Shown: positions 37,326 to 49,738 of the stretch, piece after piece
How positions within the stretch are numbered: the first letter of the stretch is position 1
Layout: the number at the start of each line of letters is the position of its first letter
From: Lama glama
Lineage: Eukaryota
Assembly (NCBI GenBank): GCA_028534125.1
Contig: CM052817.1
Location: 101,062,001 to 101,126,000 of the forward strand
Direction of reading: 5' to 3'
DNA length: 64,000 bases
Program-made: the position numbers and the translations under genes
The notes under the pieces: generated by a model
Told to the model about the DNA's origin: nothing
Seen by the model: only the letters and a program-made list of their open reading frames with translations
Database searches by the model: none

Positions 37326-37329
<4 letters not shown>

Positions 37330-37811
37330 GTATCCATGCAACACAGATTCAGGCTCCCTCTTTTAACACCCATAGTATTTTTCCCTCTGCTGCTGCCCTA
37401 GTAGCACTTTCCTGGAAGTCCTTTCTGTCTTGCCCTGCTTAAAAACCAAGTTGGGTTTCCTCGGAGTTGAGGTTCCAAGCATGTGTGGAATCACAGCCCA
37501 CACTGAGGGCACAATGCCTTACTGGACAGCTGGAAGGTGGGCTCAGGGATCTGATGACAACCTTAGACAGACAGTTGGGGCCAGGCCTAGGGAGCACCAC
37601 CGGTCATCCCCACCTAGTTTTTGGGAGAATTACACCCTGCAGAGCTCCACCACCCGCATGGATAAACACATATGGTCTCAGTGAAGATCACGACCCAGGT
37701 CTCTCCTCCAGGCATGTATCTCAGTGGGGTCTTAGGGAAGCTGGCTCTGGACCTGCACTTGGGTCCCATGTGTCTAATGCCTTTTCCGGCCTCTCTCCAC
37801 CCCTCCTTCAG

Positions 37812-39818
37812 GACAACCAGGAACGCCAGGTGCAGGAGCTGAGGCAGCTGCAGCGTCGGAAGGAGCTGGAGCAGAAGCGGCGTAGCTGGGCAGCTGGGGA
37901 TCTTGGGTTTGGCCGGAGCAGCAGCGAGAATGATGTGGAGCTGCTGACCAAGAGGGGCGCCGAGGACCTGCCCCCTTTCCTGCACCCCAGGCCCATCAGC
38001 CCCTCCTACCGACCCCCCAACACACGCCGCTCCCGCCTCTCCCTGGGCATCTCTGCTGACAGGGAGCTGCTGACTTTCTTGGAAAACTCCACTGGCAGCC
38101 CCGAGGAGCTCAAGTTCAACAGCTTGCTCGGGAGCTGCTCCTGGCAGGCCCCGTCCCCAGCAGCCTGGATGGAGCCTGGAGAACTGAGGGACCAGGACTC
38201 CAGCCAAGCACACAGACCTCTGGCCTCGGAGGGTGAGGAGGTAGCCCGCGACCCACCTTTGGCTTGGCAGAATCAGATCCTGCCCTCCCGGCCTGAGGCA
38301 GCTGCCTTCGCCTTACCACGAGTTCGACACAGCGTCCTCCGAAAGAGGAACAGTGAGCCGGTGGGCCTGGGTCCGAAGCGGTCCCCTCCACTCTCGCCAT
38401 TGGCTCTAGGGATTAAGGAGCATGAGCTGGTGACGGGGCTGGCCCAGTTCGACCTCCAGGCTCCCAAGGGCCCGGAGGAGACGCCTCGGCTGACGGTGAA
38501 TGACTTGAGCCCAATGGAGCTGGCACCTCTAAGGTTTGGAAGCCCGCAGTCTCTGGGTGACGGCAATGGCAGCCTGATGCCCGTGGACAGAAGTGCACAG
38601 AAGGGTCCCAGTCCAGCCCTGGAGGTTGGCGGGGCTGCCTCTGTTGAGCCCAGCAGTGCAGCTCCGGTGTCTGTGGGCAGCAGCGATCCTGAGAACAAAG
38701 ATCCTGCGCCTCTGCTCTACATCTCGGACACCACCGACTGCTCACTGACCCTGGACTGCTCCGAGGGCACTGACTCCAGGCCGGAAGTGGGGGACCCGGG
38801 GGAGGGGGCCGACGGGGAGGGTTCTGTGTCCTCTGGGGCCGGGGAGGCGGGCGGCAGCCAGGTCTCCTCTAACCCCGCTTGCAGCCCGCCCGGGGTGGCC
38901 CCGGCTCCCTGCTCCCTCTCTGGGAAGAGCGAGCCCAGCTGCAAGCGGGGCCTTGCCAGGGACAGGCCCGCCAGAGGGAAGGATGTGATGGCACCGAAGA
39001 GGAACTCGCTCAAAGGGGCGTCGGCGTCCCCGTCCTCAGGAGCCTCCAAGGCTGGGGCTGCCCCGCGGGGTGCCGGGGCGATCAAGCCGGTGCGGGTGCT
39101 GACGGCCTCGGAGAACGAGAGCATGCGCAAGGTCGTGCCCATCTCGCGGGCCAGCCGTGCCCCCAGCTCTGGGAAGCAAGCCCTTCGCGAGACCCCCGGC
39201 GGCCTGGACGCACCTGCGCCCTTGTCGCGGCGCAGCTCCTCCAGGGGCACCTCAGACGCTTCGCCTGGGAGGCCCTCTACGGGGGCCCGGCCTGGGAGGG
39301 AGCCCTCCTTGCTGCACAGGAGCTCCTTCAGGAAGCCCAGCGCCAAGCCTCTCCGCAGCGTCCTCCGGCCGAAGCCCGAGGAGGACAAGATCTGCCGCTC
39401 GAGCTCGCAGGGCCCCGAGAGCCCGGAAGAAGGGCCCCGGTCCCCGCCTGCCCCCAGGGCGCCCCGCAGCCCGGCCAGGGTCCCCAGCTTCGCCCGAAAC
39501 ACGGTCGCCTCTTCGTCTAGGTGCCTGAGGACCGGTTCCCCCACTGTGGCCAGAGCCCCTGGCCTCACCCGGACGATGTCGCAGCGGCAGCTGAGGGTGA
39601 AGAGTGGCCCTGAGGACGCCACCCCCAAGGACAGTGGCACCTTGCGGCGGGCCGGCAGCGCCCGCAGCCCCCGGAAGGGTCCAGAGTCAGCCGAGGGCCC
39701 CTCAGCCAGCACCGAGGCCCGGCTGAAGGGCCGGGGGGCCGGGGAGCGGGCCTCCCTCCGGCTCAAGGACGCCAACCGGGCGGCCCTGGGGAAAGTGCTC
39801 CATCCCGCAAGGAAGTGA
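37812..39818 (+). CDS. FHDC1: FHDC1 last coding exon: coiled coil plus disordered C-terminal tail with the microtubule-binding region
   Basis: ccctccttcag|GAC; in frame with ORF 37467..39818; DNQERQVQELRQLQ...SENESMRKVVPI...PSFARNTVASSSR...LGKVLHPARK*; TGA ends at 39818. Confidence 0.95.
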   Translation, partial: DNQERQVQELRQLQRRKELEQKRRSWAAGDLGFGRSSSENDVELLTKRGAEDLPPFLHPRPISPSYRPPNTRRSRLSLGISADRELLTFLENSTGSPEELKFNSLLGSCSWQAPSPAAWMEPGELRDQDSSQAHRPLASEGEEVARDPPLAWQNQILPSRPEAAAFALPRVRHSVLRKRNSEPVGLGPKRSPPLSPLALGIKEHELVTGLAQFDLQAPKGPEETPRLTVNDLSPMELAPLRFGSPQSLGDGNGSLMPVDRSAQKGPSPALEVGGAASVEPSSAAPVSVGSSDPENKDPAPLLYISDTTDCSLTLDCSEGTDSRPEVGDPGEGADGEGSVSSGAGEAGGSQVSSNPACSPPGVAPAPCSLSGKSEPSCKRGLARDRPARGKDVMAPKRNSLKGASASPSSGASKAGAAPRGAGAIKPVRVLTASENESMRKVVPISRASRAPSSGKQALRETPGGLDAPAPLSRRSSSRGTSDASPGRPSTGARPGREPSLLHRSSFRKPSAKPLRSVLRPKPEEDKICRSSSQGPESPEEGPRSPPAPRAPRSPARVPSFARNTVASSSRCLRTGSPTVARAPGLTRTMSQRQLRVKSGPEDATPKDSGTLRRAGSARSPRKGPESAEGPSASTEARLKGRGAGERASLRLKDANRAALGKVLHPARK

Positions 39819-40771
39819 TGGGCGTCTGTCCTCCCCTCTTACCTCCTGGGGTTCAGATGACGAAGACTGACTTCTGTGAAAGGCCAATACTGAATGTCTG
39901 TTCCACATAAAGTCATCCACTGGGACCACCTGCCAATGCTGTGTCACCAAAGGTGCAGCCCTAGAGGCCAGGGCCCAACGCCCGTGGCACCGACTCCTGC
40001 TGCACCGACGTTCCCCAAGATGATGGACTGGCATGTCCGCACCCGGCCCACAAGTGGACCCAGAGAGCCCCGTCCCCTAAACAGACCACAGAGACCCATG
40101 AACAACTCAGACGAGGAAGATGACATGCCTATGTAACGAGTGAAGATTTTGGGCCAGTTTTTATACATCAAAGACATTTTTTATATTATAAAATCAAATG
40201 TTTTGTTTTAGTTCGTTCTTTTTGCGGCGTGAAATGCCTCCCAGGGGAAAAATGATGAAGGTGTTTTTATCTTCTTGTTTTCCCTGGCCTCAGGGTTCCA
40301 CCTGCCCACACACCGTCCATTGCTGGCAGCTGGACTTATGCAAGCCCTTGGGTGTTCTGAGGTTGGCTCCATCTTACTGAAGTCTCTCTGCCTTGCTCCC
40401 CTCTATCTGCTGACTTTGGTGAAGGTTTGCGTGTGAACGGGAGGGAGAATGAGACTGGTGGACACAAATGGGGTGCCCCCGTGTTTTAGAGAGGCTCCCT
40501 GGGCAGTGGGACAGGCCTCCTCTGCAGATGAGTGGCAGCCCCTGGGAGAATGCTGGAGCTTCCAGAATTCAGAGGTGCCATGTTTTGATGGAAGATCATC
40601 AGACTTCAGCTGAGCACATCTTTCCGGTTCTGTGTTTTCTCACTTGAGTGTCTGTTGTGAAACTGAGTGAAGGCTGCTATGACTTGTGTTCACTCTAGTT
40701 ACAGGGAATAACAAGCCCTTCAATCTCCCAGTCTTTCTCCTTTACTAATGTGACCTGGAGCCTGGAGACAG

Positions 40772-40795
40772 TCTCTCTCTCTCTCTCTCTCTCTC
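40772..40795. repeat. (TC)n microsatellite in the 3' UTR
   Basis: Perfect TC run. Confidence 0.92.
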
Positions 40796-42059
40796 AATAA
40801 TACTGTTTAATGTTGATGCCTGTTCTGTGGTACAGTGGTTTTAAATCCTGAGAAAACCAGATCAAGTTTTCAAAAACAGACAGAAAAGAAAAGAAAAAGA
40901 AGTTGCTTTCAGAAGATTTTATATTCTCAGGAAAATTTTGAAAAACAGTTAGGCTTCATTCAAAAGAAAGGGGAAAACGTGCCATTTCTACCCAGTGCCG
41001 ATTTCACTATTTCCGTCTGACTAACTGGGAAATGAGGGAATTCTTGTCACTTTTTTGTTATTAAAAAATTGCTCCTCCCCCACTTTTTTTTTTCCACTTT
41101 TGGTCACTTATCAGTGAAACTTTGTTTCAGATCTGATAGTGATAGATGGATTTTGGCAAATATAATGTATTTGTGATGAATCCATACAGTTGATGTTACA
41201 GTCTCCCTCCTGTAGAGTGCTTGTTGCCCTCCATCCCAATTAATTGGAAACTCTGAGCTTCTATAAATCTGCTCAGCTGAAAAGATAAATTTTATGGTTG
41301 AAGAAGTAAGGCACCTAACCACAAAACCTCTTGTAAAAATAGCCCTGAGAGGTATTTCCAGAGCTCCACAAAGCTGGTTATGAGAATCCTGAGCCATTTT
41401 TCATCATCTCAAAAAGCCTAAAATATCATGTATTTAATCATACAGACAACAACATTAAAAACAGAGCCCGCAAAAAAAAAAAAAGGTCAAAATGTGTGGA
41501 TTTGTGGGTAGTGCCAGGGTTGAGACCCCTTGATGGGACCCTAGAAACCAGGGTCCTAGTCCCTGTTCCATCACTGATGCTGTGTGGCTTTGGCAAGTCA
41601 CTCCCTCTCCTTTAATCCTGTTTCCTAGTCTGCAGAGGTGGGGGCATGGCCCTGATGACGGCCTTCAAGAGTCCTGCTGACTCCAGGAATCCAAGTCATC
41701 ATAAACACCCGAGGACCCATCTCTGCCTGGGATCAGCTTCCAGAACTAACCTCCAGCATCTCCACGGTAGAGGTCTCACACGAAGGCCTGCTTAGAAGAA
41801 AGCACCTTCAGAATGAGTTGTTGCTTTGAAATCTAATAAGCTGAGGTTCCTGAGAAGTGGTGTTTTGCTTAGCCCTGTGGACAACTTGTATGCATCTGTG
41901 TGAGCAGGTGATCATTCTATTACCTTTTATCGGTAGTAAGCTTGGAAAAATAATTTAAGTGTATAATGCAGAAATGTAAATAAGTTTCTATATAAATTTA
42001 AGATGAACTGAATGTATTTAAAGGTCCATTTATATGTTCTTTTATGTAACGTGTAGTTT

Positions 42060-42065
42060 AATAAA
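42060..42065 (+). terminator. Polyadenylation signal AATAAA
   Basis: Canonical hexamer with upstream TGTA elements and downstream GU/U-rich sequence (ttggtgtctt, ctgttggggtgtg). Confidence 0.8.
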
Positions 42066-44539
42066 GTTCCTGTTTATGGGATTGGTGTCTTATCCTCACT
42101 GCTTCTGTTGGGGTGTGCGCGTGATCCTGGTGGGTGAGGATGTCATCTCCTGCACAGCGAGAAGGTGGGATGCAGGAGTTGCCAGAGGGTTGGGACAGAG
42201 CAGTCCTATCCTCAAAAGGCTCAAGAGCCAAAATTAGGCTGTTGATGTGTGTCTTCTTGGTAGCGCAGTACCTGCAGTTAACTGAGGGCCTGGGGAGCGG
42301 GCCTTGCGCCAGACCTGCGGGGATGCGGGCATGCACCTGGCACGCAGGCCGCGGATGGAATGTTCAGCACCCGTACTTGCTCACGTTATTCCATGTTGCG
42401 GGCCAAGCTTTGCGTAATCTCCGTGGGGCCGGCAAGTCTGGATCTGCTCCTGGGTGTCCTCATGTGTTTTGGCTCAGGACACTGTTGGGAAATCACAGCT
42501 CACCTCTGTGGTTGCCTCAGGAATGAGCAGAGAGGGAGGGAGGCAGGCTCTGATTTGAAACCCACTGTTGGTGCTTCTTTGAAAAAAAAGACCTCATATA
42601 CCTGGGGTTTCTTATCAAGTTTTAGTCCTAGCTGCTCTCTCAATCTGTCTGACAGTAGATTAGAGGAAAATCCTGGGCTCAGGCACCCACGGATGAGAGA
42701 ATAGATGGTGTTGTGAGTTGCTGCCCTGGGGACATTTGTAGCCTGGTTTTGCCTGGGTTGTAAGCAGTTTGGGATGCTGGGCCCCCTCCCTATGTCGTCA
42801 ACTCTGTAGTACTAGGGGTCACAGACATAAACCAAAGCAAGGCTTTTTATTTTCACAGTGGGTCTCAAGGAGTTTTATTTTTACCCTTTTATTTTATGGC
42901 TTTCACAAGGAGCCTGTGTTCTAGTCTTCCTCCTGAAAATACACGTTGGGTTTAAAGGGGCCACAGTTTCCTAATTGTTCATTCAAGAGTCTGCAAATTT
43001 ATGTATTCCAGAAAGAGGCTCCAGAATGGTTCAGTAAAACTATTCATTCAGGCTTCCAAGGTGCACAGGTTCACCAACTTCTGCCTCTACCTCTTCTCAT
43101 CTGGCAATGATGATATTTTGCAATTTCACAGAATTTTCTATTGAAACTTAAACTTTATTCTTAATTCTTCATTGTACCTTTGCTTCATGCTTCAGTCCTA
43201 CCAAAAAAAATTTTTTTTCAGTATGTGTTCTTGAACACATATAAGCATTAAACATATAAACCAAATTTGAATGAGACATTGCATCTGGTCACTCGCTAAG
43301 TACTTCTTAAAATTCTTTGGGCTGTGAGCACAAACAAAATGGGTGACTGTGGGTCTGCAGTCATCCTACTCAGCATCCAAGGAGCAACTGTGCATAGCTT
43401 AGACCAAATCCGGGACAGACTTGAAAATATAACCCAGAGTAAGCTCTCCGGGTGTTGTTTTCATCTGCAGATACCTTCCAGTAAAATGTCCTATGGCTCA
43501 CTGGGTTGCCTCAACGAAGATAAAGGTAACATTACTATGGTTGAAGAAAGTGGCTTTTCTTCTAGGCCAGAGCCCACAATCAGGTTTTGGCTCCCTGGCC
43601 GGCAGCTGGGAGAATTGGACCCCACTGCAGGAGGGGTCACTGCCCCAAGCAGCACTCACAATCTCCTTATTCACGATTCCTTGACCGAGAGCCCACCAGG
43701 AGTCTGGCACAACCTGACCATCAGCCTATGGACTGAAGGTGGCTCAGCCTGTCGATGGGATGCTGCTTGAGGGCCTCTAAAGTGCATTCATGCCAGGCCT
43801 CTGGAATCAGGGCTTGGGCGTTGTCCACAGCCTCTTTGGAAACATTCAAAGGCTGAGTCATACAGGCAGTCCCTACCTCATAAGCAGGTGATGTGCCCCA
43901 TGTTTGCTCACAGCTATATTTGAGGAATTCAGAATGCACATTCCCAGAGCAGCCATGTCATGCATTGTAGCTAGGTTTCCAGGACAGCCCATTAGAAACC
44001 TCTTTAACCCTTCTATGTGCAGACTGTGGCACTGACATTTCTATAGAAGAGAACCTCACCTGTAGCAGCGTTCCGCAAGGAAAACACCAGGGTGCCAAGA
44101 ACATGCCTCCCCTACTTCGTGGCATCGAGTAGAAGTTAAGGCACCACCACTGATGTCAGGGGTCATGTTCACTCTACACTGCCAGTGAAGAGAAATCCTC
44201 TCCCCTCTTGGGTCAGACACAGGAGCTCCATCTCCTAGGCCAACACCAGTAAATATGATATGGGCCCTTTCTCTTTGGGAGACGACCTTTCCTTCCTGAC
44301 AGCATACTGGCCCAGAAAGGTGAGAGCCCTGCACTTTCAAGGCTGAATTCAGCCACACTCCCCTTCATCCTGATAGCCAGTGAAAGGGGGGCGGGGCTAG
44401 TGGGGAGGCCAACTGCATGGCCAGAGCCAGGTCTTTTGAGCCAAGGGCAGCCAGCAGTGGGGCCAGTGGGCCACTTCCGTGAGAGCTGGGTGTTTGCTGT
44501 GGGTAGTGAGCTCTCCATGACAGTGACAGTGTCAGAGCA

Positions 44540-44730
44540 CCAGTGGCACCCACTTTCCATGGGGTTGAGTGCTTCGGTATGCAACAGGACACCCAGGGCT
44601 GGTGGGGGATTCTGGGTCCCACCCCAGACCTACAGCAAGTCGGAATCTTTCTGCTGGGACCCCCAGATTTGCATGAAACAACTCCCCAGTGATTCATTTT
44701 CCCACCCTGCTGTTGAGAACCAGTGGGCTG
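44540..44730. mobile_element. MER5A-like hAT remnant
   Basis: gattctgggtcccaccccagacctac...ggaatct...tttgcatgaaacaactccccagtgattc...gttgagaaccagtg. Confidence 0.6.
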
Positions 44731-47699
44731 GAGAGAGGGCAGGGGCTAGGTTCTGATGCAGGGCTCATGAGTTGTTTTCTGGGCCGGCCTCCTCTCCGAG
44801 CCTCCACCAGCTAATGCAGGTGTTTCTCCCCCAGGCAGATGATGCAGAAGCATTCACTCTGAGCTCATTGCCTGGCTGAGGGGAGAGCTGCCTCTGGGCC
44901 CCAGGAAGTGGTCAAATTTGGATCTTGCTACAGAAGCACCTCCACTAGCATGCTTGGCTCCTCCTTTGAGTCTGGAGCTCTCAGTAACGCAGCACCCAAG
45001 CGTCCGGAACAGTGGCTCCAGGGGAACAGAGGCTGTGACACTTCACTCAAGTCTCACAATGGCTACCTTTCAGGTCAGTGAAGTAATTCGCGAGAAGTGC
45101 TGAGCAATGCCACACCCATCTGAGGGCCCAGGGTGATTTTTGTCAGCAAAACTGCTCTTTGGAGCCCTGCTCCCTGGGCCTCTTGGGTTCTGGAGTTTTC
45201 CACCGGCTTCACGAGCGTCACTTCAACTCTGTTCTTGGGAGCTTTGCCTAGTGGCCGCCGCGGTTCCCTCTCCCGCTGAGCGCTGGGGCCGGGCGGGCGC
45301 ATCTGCTCTGACCTCACCGGTTAGAAAGGGGGTGGGGCAGCTCTCCAGGGTGCTGACTCAGTGCGGGCGGGAGCCGCCGCCCTCACGCGAGGCCTGCAGA
45401 ACGCCGACACTCAGCCCCCTTCGTCCTGTTTTAGGATGTAGAAGCCCTCCCTGGAAGGAGCACTGCGCCTGGGGTTCTTTCCAAACCTGTCAGCACAGAA
45501 TAATTTACTTTTCACCACTCAGTGCTGTAAACAGCTTCCCATCGGACCGGGGAAACTGCTGAGGATCTGGACAGTCTGACCACTTCCAGGGGCACCACTT
45601 TGCCAGTTTGAGGAGTGCAGGAGAGGGGCCTGAACTATATTTGGAGTAAAATGATGGTTCAGCTTTGGAAAGAACAGTGCCTCTATTCAGCTGTGGCTGA
45701 GTGGAGACGTCAGCTTCACTGGTCAGCTGTATTTTCTTCTTTCCCAAGGCACCAGCGGTTCCCACCAGCTGATTCATCTCCAGGGAGGAGAGGGAAGAGG
45801 TGGGCTGCCTGCAGGGCAGGCTTCCTGCCCCTGCTGAGAGACCGAAGAGCAGCCTCCCCGCCCCCACGGGGCCTCCTACTCCCAGTTCAGGTTTGAATAC
45901 AATAGAAATAGGAGTCACCAGATAGGCACCTGGATAAGGTGTCTGCATCTCTCAGCCCTTTCCCGAGCTTTTCATAACCAGATCATAATGGGCTGAACTC
46001 TGACTGGTGCTTTTCTCCCAAGAACCTTGCAGCTTTGCAGACAGTTACTCACTACACATCCACTGTCCCAGCGACCCAGTGGGAGAAGAAATTTGTCATT
46101 TCCACTCTTTGGTGGAAGAATTCCTTCTGGGAGAGAGGTAGAAGGGGAGCCCATGAGCAGTAGTGCCACACGGCTACCCAAGGCACCATCTTTGGCCACA
46201 TTCATGGGGTAACAGTATGCGACATGATATCCAGCTGGTCAGTCCACATTTGGACCCTGCCGCCAGCCTGGGACACCTTTCAGGAGGAAACTTGATGAGC
46301 TGGAGTATGATGGAGGAGAATGACAGAGACAGCTGAGGTTTTGGGTGCCAGGCTTGAGGATGAGGACATCCAGATTTTAAACTGAAAAAGCAACACTAAG
46401 AACCTGGTGGTGGAATCAATCTTATTCTGTGTCATTTCAAAGAAAAATGAAGATGAGTCTTCATTCAAGTACAGGAGGAGTTCACACTGAAGCTGCTTGT
46501 CCCCCTTCCTGGGCTGGAGGCCCCTCAAGTCCCTTCCACCTGGAAGACTCCAAGCATGTGAAATGGCTTCCCCAGATTCAGTTGCTGAGTTGACCCAGTA
46601 ACCCCTGAAAGCCACTTTTCCCTCAAAGGTGTCACCTCCTGGGAGGGACCAGCTGTACCTTAATAGGTTACAAGAAGAAGCTTCATGACAGTCATCCTTG
46701 TCCTTGAACCAAAAAGCACTTGTAGAGGGTCTTCTGGGGGTGGGGTCTCCTGGGGATGGGGCCCTCTGTTGCCATGGGCAGCCTCTGCTCTTTCCTCTTG
46801 GATTTGTCCGTAGGGCAGCTCTCAGAAATGCAAGGACAGTCACCTTATGACAGATGCTCAGTGAGAATTCAAGGAAAGCTTGTGATTCTGGAAAGTTCTG
46901 AGTCTTGCAGGGATTCTAAAACAGGGCACTCAAGCCTATGTCGTCCAGTGGCTCCTCAGAAGCCCAGCCACCTCCAAGTCCAGATCACATACTTCTCTCC
47001 TCCTCCGACCCTTTTCTTAGGAAATTGATCGTTCCCTCCCCTGAACTCTCAGAGCACTTTGGAGCTAGAACACTGATCCCCACCTGCCTTGTAGAACAGT
47101 TGGTTGTGTTTGACTCCTGAACTAGGGCTGAGCGCGTGTCAAGTGGAGATTAGGGTGAGTCCTCACCCGTGGAGCCCTCCGGGACCCGGCTCGGGCCGGC
47201 ACTAAGTAGGTGTTCAGTGCGCATGCGTGGGTAGATGAACTCGAATGGGTGATGGGAAGACTCGGGGACCCGCGATCAAGGACCACTGCCGGGATCGCTC
47301 CCTCACTGGGAAGGTCTTTGCTTTTGCCTGGTAAGGCACCCAGGACCCCCAGCTGAAGGACCCATGGAGGGAGCAAAGGGCTTCTGGGAGAGGAGGGCCA
47401 TGTGAGGCTGGAGAAGGGACAAGAGCAAAGATAAAGATCGTGCTGGGTGCCCCAGGCGCTGGGTCTACGCTTCATATTAAGAGCAAGGGAACCTAGTGGC
47501 CACCTCGCAAACCCTCAGACCTGTTGGGAAGAAACTGGACACCCCTCAGCCACATCCTTGGCCCCTGAGAGCAGAGAGAAGCAGCCACCGGGCATTTCAC
47601 GTACAACCCTCGCATCCTTGATTTGCGCAGGGTGCTGGCACATTTCCAGGGATGTTGGGGAGATAGACACAGCTAGGAGCCTGACCTCTACCAGCAACT

Positions 47700-47855
47700 A
47701 GGCTATTGCCGCTGGGTCATTTTATTAGCTGTGTGACTTTGGACAAATGGCTTAACACCTCTGCTTGGAAATCACAGCCCTACGTAACTTGAGAGCAGTT
47801 AAGAGAGGTAAATGATTGAATATGTTGGACCGTGCAAGTGTTTACCATCATCACT
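47700..47855 (+). mobile_element. MIR SINE
   Basis: ttattagctgtgtgactttggacaaatggcttaacacctctg. Confidence 0.6.
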
Positions 47856-48894
47856 GTTCTGGGTCAGAGCCCACACCTGGCAGCTTCTCGGGGGCCCAGT
47901 GATGGGAGATAGCTCACTTGAAGGCCTAGAGACCTACGGGCCTCAGGCAGGGGGTCCAATAGGTTCCATGGCTGCCTGCTATCTCGGTGCACTGGGTCCT
48001 CCCCTGGACTCTGTCCCTATCTGGCTGCGTGACCTTCGGCAGGTCTCTGAACCCAGCTTTGCGTCTACTCCTGCTTCCTCCTGCAGCAGAGTAGGCAGGG
48101 CAGGGCTCCATGACACCTGCTCACACATAACTAGGCAGGCTCCGTCTAATTTATTGGATCTATAAAATGCATCTGCTTCCAAGACCCATGATCTCATCCT
48201 TCTGGCCAAAGTCTTCAGGGGATTCCCTCCCACCCGGACTCCTTGTGTCCTTCCTCTGGGAAAATGTTCGCCCAACATGTATATGGAGGGAAGGTGCTCT
48301 TGACAGCAGGAGGCTCCTTGTTGCTTCAGGGAGAGGCCAGGGGAACACGCTGTGCCTGGAGTCTCCCTCAAGGTCAACGAAACTCAGCAGGAACATGAGG
48401 AATGGCAGGCTCTGTCTCCAAGGCCCAGCACACCCCTTCCTTCCTGACTCTGCTGTGGGACCACCTGAGACCCCGTCTGCCTAAGAGGGTGTGTCCTTTG
48501 CCTGTTGACACCTGCCACCCTGGCTGCAAGGAAAACAGTCAGACAAAGGAGGTCACCCAGTTCTGGGGAAAGAGCAGAGGCCTGGACTTCCTGAGTCCTC
48601 CTCGTCCTGCCCTAGGTGACCCAGCTTACGCATCCTCTCTATATGTCTGTTTCCTCATTCCTCCAGGGAAGCTGGGGGGCCATGCCCTCCCACTTCCCAT
48701 CGGGGTTGATGTTCGTTCTATGTTTATAATGGTAGAGTTTTTGGCAAGTGTGTGAGGGACGCTGAGGCCACACTGCAGCCCAGCCCTTCTGCTCCACTCA
48801 CATCTTGCACTAGGGGCCTCGCCCACCCTCCCAGAAGGGGCTCAAAGAGCACATCCGTTGCTGGCCTTTCTGGGGACCTGTGAGAGTGTGGGTT

Positions 48895-49080
48895 ATGAAG
48901 ACGAACAGACCTGGTTCAAATCCCAGCTCTGCTAACTGATTACCTTGGGGAAAACAAGTTACCATCTGGGTCTCAGTTTCTCACCTGTGAAAGGGAAAAA
49001 TCATGCCCACTTCTCGAGGTTGTCATTAAAACGGGTGATACATTCTGGTGCATGAAAGGGGCTTAAAAAATGGTAATCAG
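48895..49080 (+). mobile_element. MIR SINE
   Basis: cagacctggttcaaatcccagctctgct...tctcagtttctcacctgtgaaaggg. Confidence 0.7.
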
Positions 49081-49738
49081 GATTACTAGGGAAGTCTGTT
49101 CCGTGAATGTTTTCCTGTTTGCTTAGTGACAGTTGGCCTGGGCCCTATTTTCTGATGGGCACTCATGTGACAAAAACAATGGGTGGTCCCATAGGCTTTT
49201 AACCATCTTTCATCACAAACATACAACCACAAGGTAAAAGAACTGCACCTTATCATCTGGCTCCAAAGGAATTTCTAAAAGAGGAATTCTAAGAGCGAAT
49301 GGAGCATACCAGACCACTGTTTCTCATGTGTGGCTCCAGTATTTGGTTGTTTCCCACAATCCCATTCATCTTTAAGGCTCAGAGGTTTGTCACCACTGGG
49401 ACCTCTTAGAGGAAAATGCCGGCATCTCATCCCAGGTGCTTCAAACCTGGGTCATCCCAACAGGGCACAGGTGACTCAGCAAAGAGCCGCAGCCCGTTGC
49501 ATGATGCCTGTGGATGTCAGATGGTGCAGGACAAGCCGGGAGCTAGCCGGGGCCCTGGACGGGCAGCCGGGTTTCTGCTGACTCTCTGTGAGACTCCAAG
49601 ACAAAGCAATTGCTTAGTTCTCTTGGTGCCTCAGTAGCCCCCAGGCTGGGAATATTGCCTGTCACCCGCCTCTCTCTCTAGAGAACAGTGAGGGCAAACA
49701 CACTAATATTTTAAAGGGGCTATCTTTAAAAAAAAAAG

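Larger units (their letters stand above)
2790..42085 (+). other. FHDC1: FHDC1 gene span (FH2 domain containing 1 / inverted formin INF1); 5' and 3' ends approximate
   Basis: Spliced 1126-aa ORF with an N-terminal polyproline FH1, an FH2 domain (FFWKTI lasso, [28 protein letters not shown]) and a long basic Ser/Pro-rich C-terminus. CpG island at the 5' end; AATAAA at 42060. Confidence 0.95.
39819..42085 (+). other. FHDC1: FHDC1 3' UTR (about 2.25 kb; end approximate)
   Basis: Follows the stop codon; AT-rich distal part; AATAAA at 42060 followed by GT/T-rich sequence. Confidence 0.75.

Noticed and set aside
38717..39775. 352-aa antisense ORF and 213-aa alternative-frame ORF in the last exon
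   Set aside because: Shadows of a GC-rich CDS; the alternative + frame has no ATG, and neither resembles a known protein.
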